This document shows, piece after piece, positions 14,787 through 27,108 of a stretch of 64,000 nt of DNA; position 1 is the first letter of the stretch; each line of letters begins with the position of its first letter. The stretch covers positions 5,394,001 to 5,458,000 of the forward strand of contig OZ024758.1 of NCBI GenBank assembly GCA_964016885.1, read 5' to 3'. The notes under the pieces were generated by a model. That model searched no databases. It was not told the origin of the DNA and saw only the letters and a program-made list of their open reading frames with translations. The translations under genes and the position numbers were made by a program. The DNA is from Eledone cirrhosa. Its lineage: Eukaryota.

Positions 14787-14800
14787 TATATATGTTTGCA

Positions 14801-14847
<47 letters not shown>

Positions 14848-16701
14848 TTATGAATTTCCATAGAAAAGGTAAAGGAAAGAAGAGTGCTCTATGTATAGTA
14901 CAGAGCTATTACTTATATAATTATTCCATTACCAAAGGTTTCAGGAGAGTAGACGATCCTAACAGAAACGTCGAGTTCACTCATCAGATGAACGTTTCTG
15001 TTAGGATCGTCTAGTTTCTTGAAACCTTTGGTAATGGAATAATTATATTGTGTTGTTTAATACTGTATTTCCCTGTGTTGAAGACGCTACATCTTTCTTA
15101 AAATAAGTCTCAAAAATCTACCATGCATCCTGGAAGCCGAAGGTTGTTCATTATTTTTTATTCAAAGTTTTGGTTGTCAAAATTAGGGTGCGTCCTGAAG
15201 GATGAAGCGTCTTTGGCTTGGGGAAATACGGTATGTAATTAAATATATATATATGAGTGGGCATATGCATGTATTTATTGTAGTGCTGAGTATATTCTCT
15301 GGCACAACTCAGTTTTGTAAATGTTGATGCAATGTAACATAAACAAAACTCTGAGTAGTGCCAGAGTTTAATATCGGAACTGCAACAAATACTTATCAGT
15401 ATTGAGTACTTTTTTCTTTTCTTTGTACACTCAAACCCCCATATGTGTGTATCACCATCATTACATATATATTTGGTGTTAGGAAGGGCACCCAGCAGTA
15501 AAATCCCCCGGCTAAATTTACAGCCCTCGTCGGAGCAAGATATGGCATGACCAATTCGAGCCAGACTTGTCTCCCGACATGGACTCTAACCCATGCAAGC
15601 ATGGAAAAATGGATGCTAAATGATGATGATGATGTTTCGTAAAAATATTTATACCTAAGAGACGTTTTGTAATATACAAAATTAGGTTAAATTCACAGCA
15701 CTTCATTCTGTGAAATACACTGAGGAATTGTTATTTCTACAACTTGTCAGCCTGACATGGTTTGTTATGGTTGCTGTTATAATCAACAACCATGTTGAAC
15801 TGACAAGCTGTGGAAATAACAATTCCCAGCAAAACCCACGTATTTCACATATGAAAGTGCTGTGAATTTAACCTAAAGCTTCTGAATATTGTTTCTTTCG
15901 TGTATGTTGGCCAAGCATCGCAACTTTTACTAACTTCCACTCTTATAAATATATATATATATATATTTACTAAATTAAAATTATAAAATTAATTTAGTAA
16001 ATATATATATATAAGAGTGGAAGTTAGTAAACTCGAAGTTGTGGCGCTCGGCCAGCATCCACGAAAGAAACAATATTTGGAAGCTTTGCACGAAGCACTC
16101 AATAAGAAGATATTGATAAATCGATAAGTTACATCTTAGAGTAATAAACATACGTTAAATGGTGTGACAAATTGAAAACTGTGGTTAAAGAGACAAAGCC
16201 ACAGAAACCAACACCTCAATGAAAATACAATCAGTATCATCATTTTTTTTCTTTTTACGTCCGCTTTTCCCTGCTTCAGATAGACCATAACCCATCAGAG
16301 TACTCGATACTTGGGGTAGTAGAGTGGGTAATATGAAAAGATTCAGGACCCCGATGGCTGAGCTCTGTCCATTTCAAAAGCTAAATCCCAAACGGCCGGA
16401 GCTCAGCTGTCGGGGTCCTGAATCTTTTCATACACACACACATACAAGTACTTAAAGTTTCGTTGGGATGCTACCCAAATCCATAGAGCCTGCCATCTGT
16501 TGTAATTATATACATAACTCATCCTATAGATCGAGTGTTCTTAACCCTTGGATATTACACCAAGCTTGTACTATATATATATACCATCATCATCATCGTT
16601 TAACGCCTATCTTCCACGCTTGCATGGGTTAGATGGGAATTATCCCATTTGAGGCAAGATTGGTTGGGTGACCATGTCTCGCTCGTATAGGACTATCTGG
16701 C

Positions 16702-16732
<31 letters not shown>

Positions 16733-18438
16733 TATATATACATATGTATGTATGCACTTATGTGTGTGTGTATACATATATGTGTGTGCATTTATATATG
16801 TGTATGTATATACATGTATTTATTGAGTGCTGTTCCTTTGTGTTACCCAGATTTTCATATCCTTTTACATGACATTGTAACAGATACTTGTAAAACTCTT
16901 AAGTAATAAAAGAATACTTTCAGCACAACAATAAATATGTACAACCTACTTCTGTATTGAGTACTTCTTCCCTCTTGCTTGTAGATTCAAACGTACAATT
17001 GCGTGTGTGTGTGAATATATCATTTAATATATATTTTCATAACACACACACATACATATATGTATCACCATCATCATCATTGTCATTATATAGTCCACTT
17101 TCCCTGCAAGCAGGGAAAAGCGGACGTAAAATGATGATGATTATATATATATATATATATATATAAAAAGGGATGTTCCACACGGGTGAAAGTACAGGGA
17201 AAAGAAATTGAAAATGCCACTGGAGTCTTTTAAGAGTATTTATTTACTTTACCTGTTTCACAGTTCTTATGATTTTCAAAAGTAAAATTGAGACGGAGGG
17301 GTTGTATAGTGAGATACCACAACAGAAACACAAACCCTCCATCTCAATTTTACTTTTGAAAAGCTCAAGAACTGCAAAACCAGTAAAGGAACCAAATAAA
17401 TATTTTAAAAAAGACTCCAGTTGCATTTTCGATTTCATCTTTTTTCCTTATATATATATTCAGCAGAATTTAATCATTTGTTTGAAGCTGAAGCTTCATT
17501 TCAATGCTACTCTGAGTTTGCCATTATTGTTAAACTCCTCATGTGTCCTGAGGAACATAACAGTAAATTTAGTGTAGCAACACAGTGAAACCATAACTTC
17601 AAATATATATATATATATATATGGGTAAGTATATTTTGAAACAGCAAGCGATATTGAAATTAGAAATAGAAGCTTTCGCCATATTTTTTGACTAAAGAAA
17701 TTTTAGCCTGATAGTGGGGTTTAGAACCCTGAAAGAAATGGAAAAAGATGAGTATTGTCATCTTTTTCCATTTCTTAGATGGTTCTAAACCCCACTATCA
17801 GGCTAAAATTTCTTTAGTCAAAAATACGGCGAAAGCTATTTCTGATTTATATATATATATATATATAACCAAAATTAAATTAAGGATGTCATGTCTGAGA
17901 AACATGTGCCATATCCTCTGTAGAATAAGCTCAAAGATTCTAAGGGATAGATCCGACCATTTATAAGCATTCAATTAAAAAGCGATTGACATATATTTAT
18001 ATATATATAAAATAAACATATCAAACAATCACAGGGAATAATTTGTAAAGAGTGTAAACACACAGTTACGTAGGTAACAAATTAAAATTTAATGAGAACT
18101 TCAAATATAGATAACTTTCAAAAGGTTACCTACGTAACTGTTTGTGCTTACACTCTTTATAAATTATTCCCTGTGATTGTTTGATATGTTTATTTTATAT
18201 ATATGTGTCAATCGCTTTTTAATTGAATGCTTATATATATATATGTATATACAGACAGATTGATAGTCTGCGGCACTGGAACCGGGAAGACCACAAATCA
18301 AAGAAGTACTCAATACAATGCAGAGTGGGTATATTAGTAAGAGTAGAGGATCTACTGAGAGTTCAGCGATTTCAGCCAGTTACCTCTGTGTAACTAGCCG
18401 AAACTGCTCAGCTCGCCGTAGACCCTCTATTCTCACTA

Positions 18439-18554
18439 ATATATGTGTATGTGTATATATATATATATATATATAATATATATATATTATATATATAATA
18501 TATATATATATTTATATAATATATATATATATAATATATATATAATATATATAT

Positions 18555-18587
<33 letters not shown>

Positions 18588-18776
18588 ATATATATATATA
18601 TAATATATATATAATATATATATATATAATATATATATAATATATATATATATAATATATATATAATATATATATAATATATATATATATAATATATATA
18701 TAATATATATATATATAATATATATATAATATATATATATATAATATATATATAATATATATATAATATATATATA

Positions 18777-18824
<48 letters not shown>

Positions 18825-18840
18825 TATATACACACACACA
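18439..18840. repeat. Compound (TA)n/(TATAA) microsatellite immediately downstream of the NKRF-like stop
   Basis: Directly visible. Confidence 0.95.
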
Positions 18841-18883
18841 TTTAAGTTATGTAAACTGACACATTTTTCAAATATATTTACAT

Positions 18884-20842
18884 TTATTTGTCTTTGAGTA
18901 GTTTCTTTGGTGGTATAAGTTCATATTTCGTTGTAGAACCTCCACTTTCCATGATATGATTAAACAATTGACAAGGGTTTCGTTTTCTGCTGATGACCAA
19001 ATATCTCGATGCTCCAGTACCTCGACTAACACTCTTAAGGTTCAGTTTACGAGCTTCCTTGTGCATAATAGCCCGTTCTTGTTTAGAAAAATTTGTGGCA
19101 AAAACAAGATCATTTTGGTTCTTGCTTTTGACGTAATTAACAAGTACATCATGAATAGAACTGTCAAACTGAGCAGATACACCTGATCTACAACCAAGTC
19201 CTTGTCGATCAATAACTTGGTCAACAGTAATGGGGTTTTCAATTCCTTTGTTACCCTCAGCACCAATCCCTCCTCCAACCCAACCCATTTTTCTTAACAG
19301 TTGATTCCCTACATTATCTGATGGGATGGCTTGTGGTTGTTTTCTTTGTATTTCACTCATCAGTTCATCTCTAGAAAGACTAACATCATCACTGTCAGCT
19401 GTTTGTTTAATTAAAATCGTCCAACATCTCTCTTGTAACCATTCCAGGGCCTTTTTAGAAACGGCTGCTTTAGCTTTTGCTTTGCTTTCGCCAACACATT
19501 CCATGATGGATTCTTCGTTAAGAAGAATGCTGCAACATGGTCCATTTAAATCAGGCCGGTAGACATATTCTATAGGCATCTTGTTAAAATTTGCACTCCT
19601 CCTCAGGATGGCAGTGGCATTATTAATCATAGTGTTAGACATTATAAGGAACTCAATCCAATCATTTATTGGTTGTTTCGAGATTTGTTTATTGGCAGCA
19701 TTTTGGCTGGCATTTTGATTGCGTTTAGTTGTACGAGATTTTGGAGAATTTTTTAAAGTTCCTTCTTTTTGGTTCAATAGACTAACAACTGATTGAGAAG
19801 AGGATGAACTGCCAACTAATATATTACTACCATTCTCCAGAGTATTAATTTTCAAACAAGTCATGCTAAGAACATTAACGGCTCTGTTGTAAGCTTCATG
19901 TTTGGCAGCCCTTTTATTGGTACCTGTTCCATTAATGATGTGGGTTTCATTGATACAAATTTTACATACAAATAAAGTCCCAGTATTTGCAAGGCATGGT
20001 GAAATGTCACATTTTATTGTCATTTTGGTTTTATCTGCAGCAACATGTACCAACTGGATGGAATTGGCTGATGGTAGTGCTTTCTTTATTGACCTTAGGT
20101 TGTGTGACAGAGAATAAAATTTCATTTCTAAATCTGTAAGTACATTTTTAGCTGATTCAGTATCATTAACAACAGTTTCATTCGAAGTTTCAGCCTTAAC
20201 CACACTGTTGTTAACTTGACGACCTTTCGTTTTTACATTATTTAATTTGAGTCGTTTGGGAGATGTTTTGTTTGAATTACTTACAGTTCCACCTTCTTTA
20301 TGAAATTTCACTAAATTTAAATACTTGTTAGTCATCAGGGTATTCACATTCGATTCGTTTGATTCAGAAGTTGATGTAGGATTCACAAGTCGAGAATATT
20401 TAGCAGCTGGCTCAGAAGTTAACGACGGTTTTTCCGTTTCGGTTGACTGAACGAAATTACCATATTTTCTCTTTGTATGCGTGGAACCAGTGTTGTTATT
20501 CTGAGTATCATCATTAGCTTTGACGAAATTACTGTAATTACAAGAGCTAACCTCAGCTGGTTTGGCAGTAGGTTGAGGCTTATCATCAGATTTCACGAAA
20601 CCAATAAAATTTGCCTCTTTGACGATATCAATGTGACGAGGAAGTCCTTCAGACAATTCATTGATCAGTTTCATTACAGCAGCCGGATATTGAACTCCAT
20701 AACTCACGTGGTTGATATAACACATGGACAAACATATCAGTCGGTCGACAGCAAATTTGTTTTTATTAACTTCAAGAAATTTCCGTCGTAATCGCCATTC
20801 CTTATTAGTTTCTGTTTCATTACGGAACGATTCAATATTCAT
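18884..20842 (-). CDS. NKRF: NF-kappa-B-repressing factor-like protein (XRN2-binding XTBD, dsRBD-like domains, G-patch, R3H), 652 aa, uninterrupted CDS
   Basis: First ATG of the 682-codon ORF is at 20842 (atcATG). The N-terminus IESFRNETETNKEWRLRRKFL...RLICLSMCYINHVSYGVQYPAAVM fits XTBD. Two dsRBD-like segments end in GTGTNKRAAKHEAY and GESKAKAKAAVSKKAL. G-patch: IPSDNVGNQLLRKMGWVGGGIG...GLG. R3H: FSKQERAIMHKEARKLNLKSVSRGTG. This domain order is that of NKRF. Confidence 0.9.
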   Translation of the reverse strand: MNIESFRNETETNKEWRLRRKFLEVNKNKFAVDRLICLSMCYINHVSYGVQYPAAVMKLINELSEGLPRHIDIVKEANFIGFVKSDDKPQPTAKPAEVSSCNYSNFVKANDDTQNNNTGSTHTKRKYGNFVQSTETEKPSLTSEPAAKYSRLVNPTSTSESNESNVNTLMTNKYLNLVKFHKEGGTVSNSNKTSPKRLKLNNVKTKGRQVNNSVVKAETSNETVVNDTESAKNVLTDLEMKFYSLSHNLRSIKKALPSANSIQLVHVAADKTKMTIKCDISPCLANTGTLFVCKICINETHIINGTGTNKRAAKHEAYNRAVNVLSMTCLKINTLENGSNILVGSSSSSQSVVSLLNQKEGTLKNSPKSRTTKRNQNASQNAANKQISKQPINDWIEFLIMSNTMINNATAILRRSANFNKMPIEYVYRPDLNGPCCSILLNEESIMECVGESKAKAKAAVSKKALEWLQERCWTILIKQTADSDDVSLSRDELMSEIQRKQPQAIPSDNVGNQLLRKMGWVGGGIGAEGNKGIENPITVDQVIDRQGLGCRSGVSAQFDSSIHDVLVNYVKSKNQNDLVFATNFSKQERAIMHKEARKLNLKSVSRGTGASRYLVISRKRNPCQLFNHIMESGGSTTKYELIPPKKLLKDK

Positions 20843-21058
20843 GATGAATAATTCAAAGAGAAAGCAGAGAAATACTGTTGTAAGTAAAATATAGAAACTA
20901 AAAAAACTAGACGCAGTGGAGGAAGAAATCAAGAAATATTATTCCGAAGATAACCTTGATTTCTAACAATTAATGTCTGTAGTCTCAATACAACACCGAA
21001 TGCAAATATTTTCTTTGGAATAATTGTTCATCATCCATGATAATACAATATTAATAAA

Positions 21059-21323
21059 CTGTATTTAAATTAAACAAAGCAGGAAAGAAAGTTAGTTAGA
21101 AAAGATATATATCTATATCTATACACACATATATATATAAATATACACACATATATATATATTATATGAACATTAAATGTCTGACGAAAAAAAAAAAGAC
21201 AATGGTAGAATGAAGAGGAAAAATAACACTTCTCTCCGAACGCCGAGGATTAGTTTTAGTTAATTAGAAGAAAATATTTAGGATGGTGATTGTATCATCA
21301 TTGTTATAGATTTAATTACTTAC
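21059..21323 (-). other. Putative 5'UTR intron of the NKRF-like gene
   Basis: Minus-strand donor ctttaa|GTAAGT at 21323. Pyrimidine-rich acceptor tttctttcctgctttgtttaatttaaataCAG ends at 21059. No transcript evidence. Confidence 0.45.
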
Positions 21324-21749
21324 TTAAAGGTAGAATAATAGTTGAATGATGCATATCGAGAGATAAAACTCTGGCTTCTCGACTTGTTTTGTCTAGTCAA
21401 GCCATATACATATTTAGCCACACTTTCGTAATTTATTATTTTTATTTCTCTCTTTTATATTTTAATATTTTTTTATCATCATACATTTGTTTTACTATTT
21501 ATTTAGATGTTTATTTATATTTTTACCATTCATTTTAGATTCTGTTAGAATTCATAATCTCAAACGTCTGACTAATTTATTCGTATTTGCGAGCTGTATT
21601 ATCTATGATGTATATCTTCTTTTTACATTAAATCTTATGCAGAAATAAATATACTTTAATGTTAGATGTGATATAAAAATATACTTTAATGTTTAATATA
21701 ATAGATAAATAGATTTAAATATATTTTATTCACAGTTGTATAAATAACT

Positions 21750-22327
21750 GGTGATGCTCGTGAGGGTGCCTGGCTGTTCCAGCACCTCAGCCTTGCCATC
21801 ACCCAAGGTACCGCTGCGAGTGTGCTGGCTTGCCTAAAAAATTATTACAGAGATTTCCTAGTTCTCCTCACGATATTGTTATCTTTTGCTCTGGAAGCGG
21901 TTCGTATGTCCATCCCTCTCGCCAGCCTTTTGTTGTATGTGGTCCGAGATGTGTGTATTACCTGCTGGTGTGTGTTTTTCTTTTTCTCTTTCTATTTATA
22001 TGTTGACGGTTACGCCTTAATAAATAAAACACACAAGCAGGTAATACACACATCTAGGACCACAAATAACAAAAGGCAAGCGAGAGAGGTGGACAAACAA
22101 ACCGCTTCCAGAACAAAAGATAACAATATCGCAAGGAGCACTAGGAAATCTCTCTAATAATTTTTGAGGCAAGCCAGCTAGCTCGCAGGGTTACCTCGGG
22201 TGATGGCGAGGCTGATGCACTGGAATAGCCAAGCGCATTCACGAGCACCACCATTTACTTCTGTTAGGCGAGCCGCCAGTGAAGACAAGAACCTCGCAGT
22301 TAGCGGCTCGACTCCCACAAACATCTC
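21750..22327. mobile_element. Inverted pair of CRE-like 3' ends
   Basis: 21750-21985 (+) encodes DAREGAWLFQHLSLAITQGTAASVLAC. 22030-22327 is its diverged reverse complement. Confidence 0.6.
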
Positions 22328-22357
22328 GTATATAAATATACTTTAATGTTTAACATT

Positions 22358-22433
<76 letters not shown>

Positions 22434-22725
22434 TATAAATTATGCCCATAGAATCATTTGATAAGATATATACACCATCTCCTCTCCCAATCACCATAAT
22501 CAACCACACAAAAAAACAATTAAACCAGGCTATAAGATTAAAAGGTACCTATGAAGAAATAATAGATAAATAAACGTCAGCCATCTATTCGCGATCAACA
22601 GCTATAGAATATTTACCCAGCATTTCAATAGCACGTGGAAATCGATTAAATATATCGTCAACCATACACAATTAGGTATAAAATTAAAGTTAGAAGAAAA
22701 AATGCATATACACATACGAGGATTA

Positions 22726-22809
22726 CGGTTGTACCCTTTAGGATTTCGTTCGCTTTTGGAAATATCCTATCAAGGATAAATTCTCGAGCTTCGAACTCAT
22801 CAGGAAACA
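22726..22809 (-). ncRNA. Hammerhead ribozyme-like motif with hairpin stem III and imperfect stem I
   Basis: Minus strand: gtttc-CTGATGA-GTTCG...(internal tatcct/aggata hairpin)...CGAAC-GAAA-TCC(taaa)GGG-T-A-caacc. Core and stems II/III intact; stem I pairs at only 3 of 5 positions. Confidence 0.55.
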
Positions 22810-23176
22810 AACTCACTTGGACGAAGATTATATATATATATATTCTTTTATTAATTCATTTTGTTGAAGAACAGCTTATACAGTATAAAAACAAAACAAA
22901 AATCTCCCCTACTGACACCACACGTTGGTTTTAATAAACAGGAGAGAAAATACTCCTCCTGGGGTAATGTTATCAGTGTGTTGGTTTTCCTCAATAATTT
23001 CAGGGGACTTTTGTGCTGTGTGACCGACTGACGTACTTAGTGTTCAATTGATGGGTTTATTTTCTCGCCTTGATTATGTATTTTTGTGTATAGGGCTCCT
23101 AGCAATAATTAATATATATGTACTTCTATTTAATCTTAAGCACGATACTCACAGAGCTCCACTCTACTGCGTTTAA

Positions 23177-24287
23177 TCTACTTATATATATAACCAGCAA
23201 TTTCTCTGTCTGTCTGTCCGACAGTGGAAAACGTGCGTAGAGAGAGAGTGAGAGTGAAAGAAAGAGACAGACTACGAGAGGGGGATAGCGGGAGGGAGAG
23301 AGAGAGAGTGAATAGACGCTAAAACACGTGCTACAGAAACATTACCTTCCCCTCTCCACTAACTTTGGTCACTGAGGCCGAGGGAATCGCGCTGAGCGCG
23401 TCATAATGACGTAATGCAGACAGCCAGACATACAGACAGATATTATAAGGGCGCAACGTTATATCTATGTATCTATCTAAAAAGAAAGACTAAGAATTAT
23501 ATAGAGAGAACGCTAAATCGCCTAATGCGGTCCCTAGGGCATTGAAAATTTGAAATAATTTTTGCTCAAAACACTCACAGGACCATAAGTATTACATGTC
23601 TAAAGTTTGAAAACAATCCGTTGGATGGTTCTCAAGTTTTAGTGAGCTGACAGACAGACAGACATTCTCTGTTTTAGATATATAGACTAGCAGAAAACCG
23701 CTCAACGAGTGGTTTTCTGCTAGTCTCTATATATAAAACTGAGGATGTCTGTCTGTGTGTGTGTGAGTTTGAATCCCTAAAACTAGAGAACCACCCAACC
23801 GACTGTTTTCAAACTTTACACATGTAATACTTATGTTTCAGGGAGTGTTCTGAGCATTTCAAATTTTCAATGCCCTAGGGACCGCATTAGACGATTTAGC
23901 GATCTCTCTCTATAATTCTTAGTCTTTCTCTTTTTAGATAGATACATACATATAACGTCGCGCCTTTATAATATCTCTCTGTATGTCTGACTGGCTGCAT
24001 TACGTCACTTCCTACAATTCGCTCTGCGTCCAGAACGCGCTCTTATAATATCTGTCTGTATGTCTGGCTGTCTGCTGCCTCCGGTTATTTTACCACCCTT
24101 GCGCAAGACAAATCTCACACCCATTCCCACACAACTTCTTCCTCGCGTTTTAAGCCAGTGTTGCTTACTTACGTACCACCAGACCCTTACTTCTTTGCCA
24201 GCCGTGGTTGTGGCAATACTAAGTTTACTAAGGCGGTTATATATTTCACAATACCTTATCCTGTGCAACGCCGGGTACCACTGCTGG
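23177..24287 (+). mobile_element. Non-autonomous Helitron (composite, internally palindromic), copy 1
   Basis: Starts A|TC and ends with a hairpin (cctgtgcaacgccggg) plus CTGG|T. Contains (TCTG)n. No TSD. Confidence 0.8.
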
Positions 24288-24699
24288 TCTTATATATTTG
24301 TATACAATAACCGCAGCAGAGTGTAAAAGTCGATGAGAGTTTTCTTGAAGATGAAAATGTCTTCATTCCTTTCAGTGTCAACTGCTACACAACCTCTTTC
24401 ACTCTAGCAATTAGATAAAAGAAAATAGCTTGACCTGCCCGGAGGCTAAAGGAAGGCGATAGTGTGGTCTTCACAATGGACTCGGCCGTTAGACGGGTTT
24501 GTCCTAAAAGAGATAACATATGTTTGACAGAACTCTATAACTTAGCTATGGTATGCCGATGAGAGAGTCCATGTTTCTCAGCACGTATCCTCTTCCGTGA
24601 GACCTTCAAAGCGCACGCACATGACACTTAAAGCAGGTTTTATTCACAATTGAATAAATAATTTTACAAAATTTTATTATAATACATATAATAATTTAC

Positions 24700-25261
24700 T
24701 ATTGTTAGGAACCTCACAAATATTACACCAAAATATACGCCCAGAGCGAGAAAAGGGAAGCAAAAACAAAAACGACCTTCTATTCCGCACCAAGTACAAC
24801 GATCTGGGTCACACCACCACAAAGGTCAACGGAATATTTTGTGGCAAGCCAATACGCTGGCAGCATTACCAAGTGTGATGGCGAGGCTAAGGCGCTGAAA
24901 CAACCAAGCACCCTTACGAGCATCACCTGACACCACATTAAGGTCAGGTGATGGCGAGGCTACGACACTGAAACAACCAAGCACTCTCACGAGCATCACC
25001 TGACACCCCAGTAAGGTCAGGTGATGGCGAGGCTAAGGCGCTGAAACAACCAAACACCCTCACGAGCATCACCTGACACCCCAGTAAGGTCAGGTGATGG
25101 CGAGGCTAAGGCGCTGAAACAACCAAACACCCTCACGAGCATCACCTGACACCCAGTAAGGTGAACCGCCAACGATGACAAGAACTTCGCTGTCAGCGGC
25201 CCAATTCCACCAAACATCTCGAGCACCACAGAGTGGATGGCTTTGAATAACACTGACAGGC

Positions 25262-25263
<2 letters not shown>
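24700..25263 (-). mobile_element. 3' fragment of a CRE-like (RLE) retrotransposon with internal ~72-bp tandem duplications
   Basis: Peptide VVLEMFGGIGPLTAKFLSSLA...SGDAREGVWLFQRLSLAIT resembles the C-terminal RLE tail of CRE-clade elements. Confidence 0.6.
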
Positions 25264-25292
<29 letters not shown>

Positions 25293-25309
25293 CTTCTTCT
25301 TGAAGCACA

Positions 25310-26500
25310 CACAAGGGTCTATGAAATGACTTTCGTTCTTTCGTGTTGGAGAACAGACGTCTTAGTTCTGAGAATACAACCTTCGTGTTTTGCGTTGAAG
25401 AAACAATTGAAGGCCATTCTTGTCGCTAATTCATCGATGGCAATACCCTTGCTAATTGCTATTTCTTTACTAAAACTTATCTATTCTACTCTAATCGCCA
25501 TCTTTAAAGTGTCTCTTCACAGATTGTTTACGAATGCCTCCGCCAACTGCCGTTTAAAAGGTTTGCTAATTCGACCATCAAACCTTGCATATCGTTCAAT
25601 TTCCAGTAGCTGGGTCGCTGTCTATATGTATGTTGTGTAAGTCGACTGTATGGTATGAACGGTAACCCCCGAAAGAGTTGTAGGGGCGCCATATTGACAT
25701 ACGGCGTTTCTTGGGCCATTCTAAAACCTGTTCATATCGCAAATTTGTGTTGTGTGTAGCCAACCAATCGAAATTGTAGAAGTTCTGTCTTATCTCTATC
25801 AACTAACAAAGCAATCACTCTCTCTATATATATTATGTACAGGACCCGGTGCAATTGGTTTTTGTCTACACTGGTACATTCGAGAAATTCAGTCGCGGCC
25901 TATCAAACAAAACTGTTTAAATAGGTTTGTAAGTCTTTCACCCCCCCCTCTTTTTCCTATTGGCTAAGCCCCACACAATCACAACATGAGCCTATGATGT
26001 CATTCCAGTCCCCCAGAAGCATTAAAGATTTGAATGTTTCCGGGAGTGCTTCTAGATGTCTGAAGAAATTCGGCGTCCATGACTCAGTCGGGACACAAGC
26101 GGTCACTTAACTTGAAGCCAATGCTCTCGACACTGCTCAAATTCAATACCACCGACTTACCATTTACACCAAGCAAAATCTTCCGTATCTTTAGATACCA
26201 CCTCACCTTCCGGAAATCCTGGTCACTCTGACTTAAGGTTGTTGAACATGTGACAGTATTTTCAAGATGATCCCAGTTCACGAACATTTATACATCCTAC
26301 AGTGTGTGTGCCCATGTTTGTCAGAAAACGAATTATGATAGAAGTCACTGAACTTAAACTCGTTGCAAGACGCGTAATCTGGTCTTTTCAGTGGGTTTAG
26401 CTTCTTCAGAGGTTCGTCATCCAGGAACTTATTCTTAATTGGCTTTAAATGTTCGTGACCATTTTTATGAAACATATATTAGCTGGAGGTTTGAAAATGA
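25310..26500 (-). mobile_element. Decayed L1/Tx1-like LINE remnant (ORF1 and endonuclease-RT linker region)
   Basis: Frame-broken peptides including RQRPSYWKLN (post-APE 'WKLN' motif of L1/Tx1) and ELATRMAFNCFFNAKHEGCILRTK. Ends approximate. Confidence 0.55.
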
Positions 26501-27065
26501 TCCTATATCAAAGCTCACCCCCTTTCGTTCCTATATTCTTTTTCTGTACGATACAAACCTCCCCTTGGTGTTTTTGTTTACGAGAGCAAAATTTGTTATT
26601 TGCGAATTTATCAGGTGTTGTGTTTGTGGGGTTTTTTTTTGTGTGTCTGTGTTTATCGTGTTTGTGGATGCGCGTGGCGTTGTAGTAAGAGTGTTGAACA
26701 TATGATTATAATGTCGTGGGTTAGATTCCTTTACTAGGTTGTGTTATAAATACATAATTTCTTTTTAAACAAATAAATAAATAACGATAATAATGATAAT
26801 GATTTCTAGTATAGGCACAAGGCCAGTAATTTGAGGGGAGGGGAAAGTCGATTAAATCGACCCCAGTGCGTGACTGGTACTTTATTTTATCGAACCCGCA
26901 AGGATGAAAGGCAAAGTTAACCTCGGCGGGATTTGAACTCAGACCATAAAGGGTCGTAACTCTGTGCCTCAAGGTATGATGTCTGACGCTCTATCGATTC
27001 TGCTATAACGATAATAATAATTTTATTGGATACAAGAGCTTAAAATATTGGGGACAGAATCCCCA

Positions 27066-27108
27066 GTCATTGAAGAGGTCACAGAATGTGTGACGAAAGA
27101 ACTTTGAC
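27066..27108 (+). ncRNA. Decayed minimal hammerhead ribozyme
   Basis: GTCA-TTGAAGA-g-GTCAC(agaatgt)GTGAC-GAAA-GAAC-T-T-TGAC. C3 is changed to T and the stem III palindrome is broken by one base. Confidence 0.5.

Noticed and set aside
17671-17837. Possible hammerhead in the ...GAAAGCTA foldback (also ~48000-48132)
   Set aside because: No CUGANGA core or stem I in either copy; kept only as an inverted repeat.
18408-18841. Ile/Tyr-, Val/Cys- and His/Thr-rich ORFs here and at 27.9-28.3, 30.4, 36.5-38, 39, 47, 52.4 and 54.6-55.4 kb
   Set aside because: These are translations of (TA)n, (CA)n and (TACA)n microsatellites, which lack stop codons.
20843-20932. Hydrophobic 30-aa N-terminal extension of the NKRF-like ORF (signal-peptide-like)
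   Set aside because: It starts at a non-ATG codon and is T-rich UTR or acceptor sequence. XTBD begins right after the ATG at 20842.
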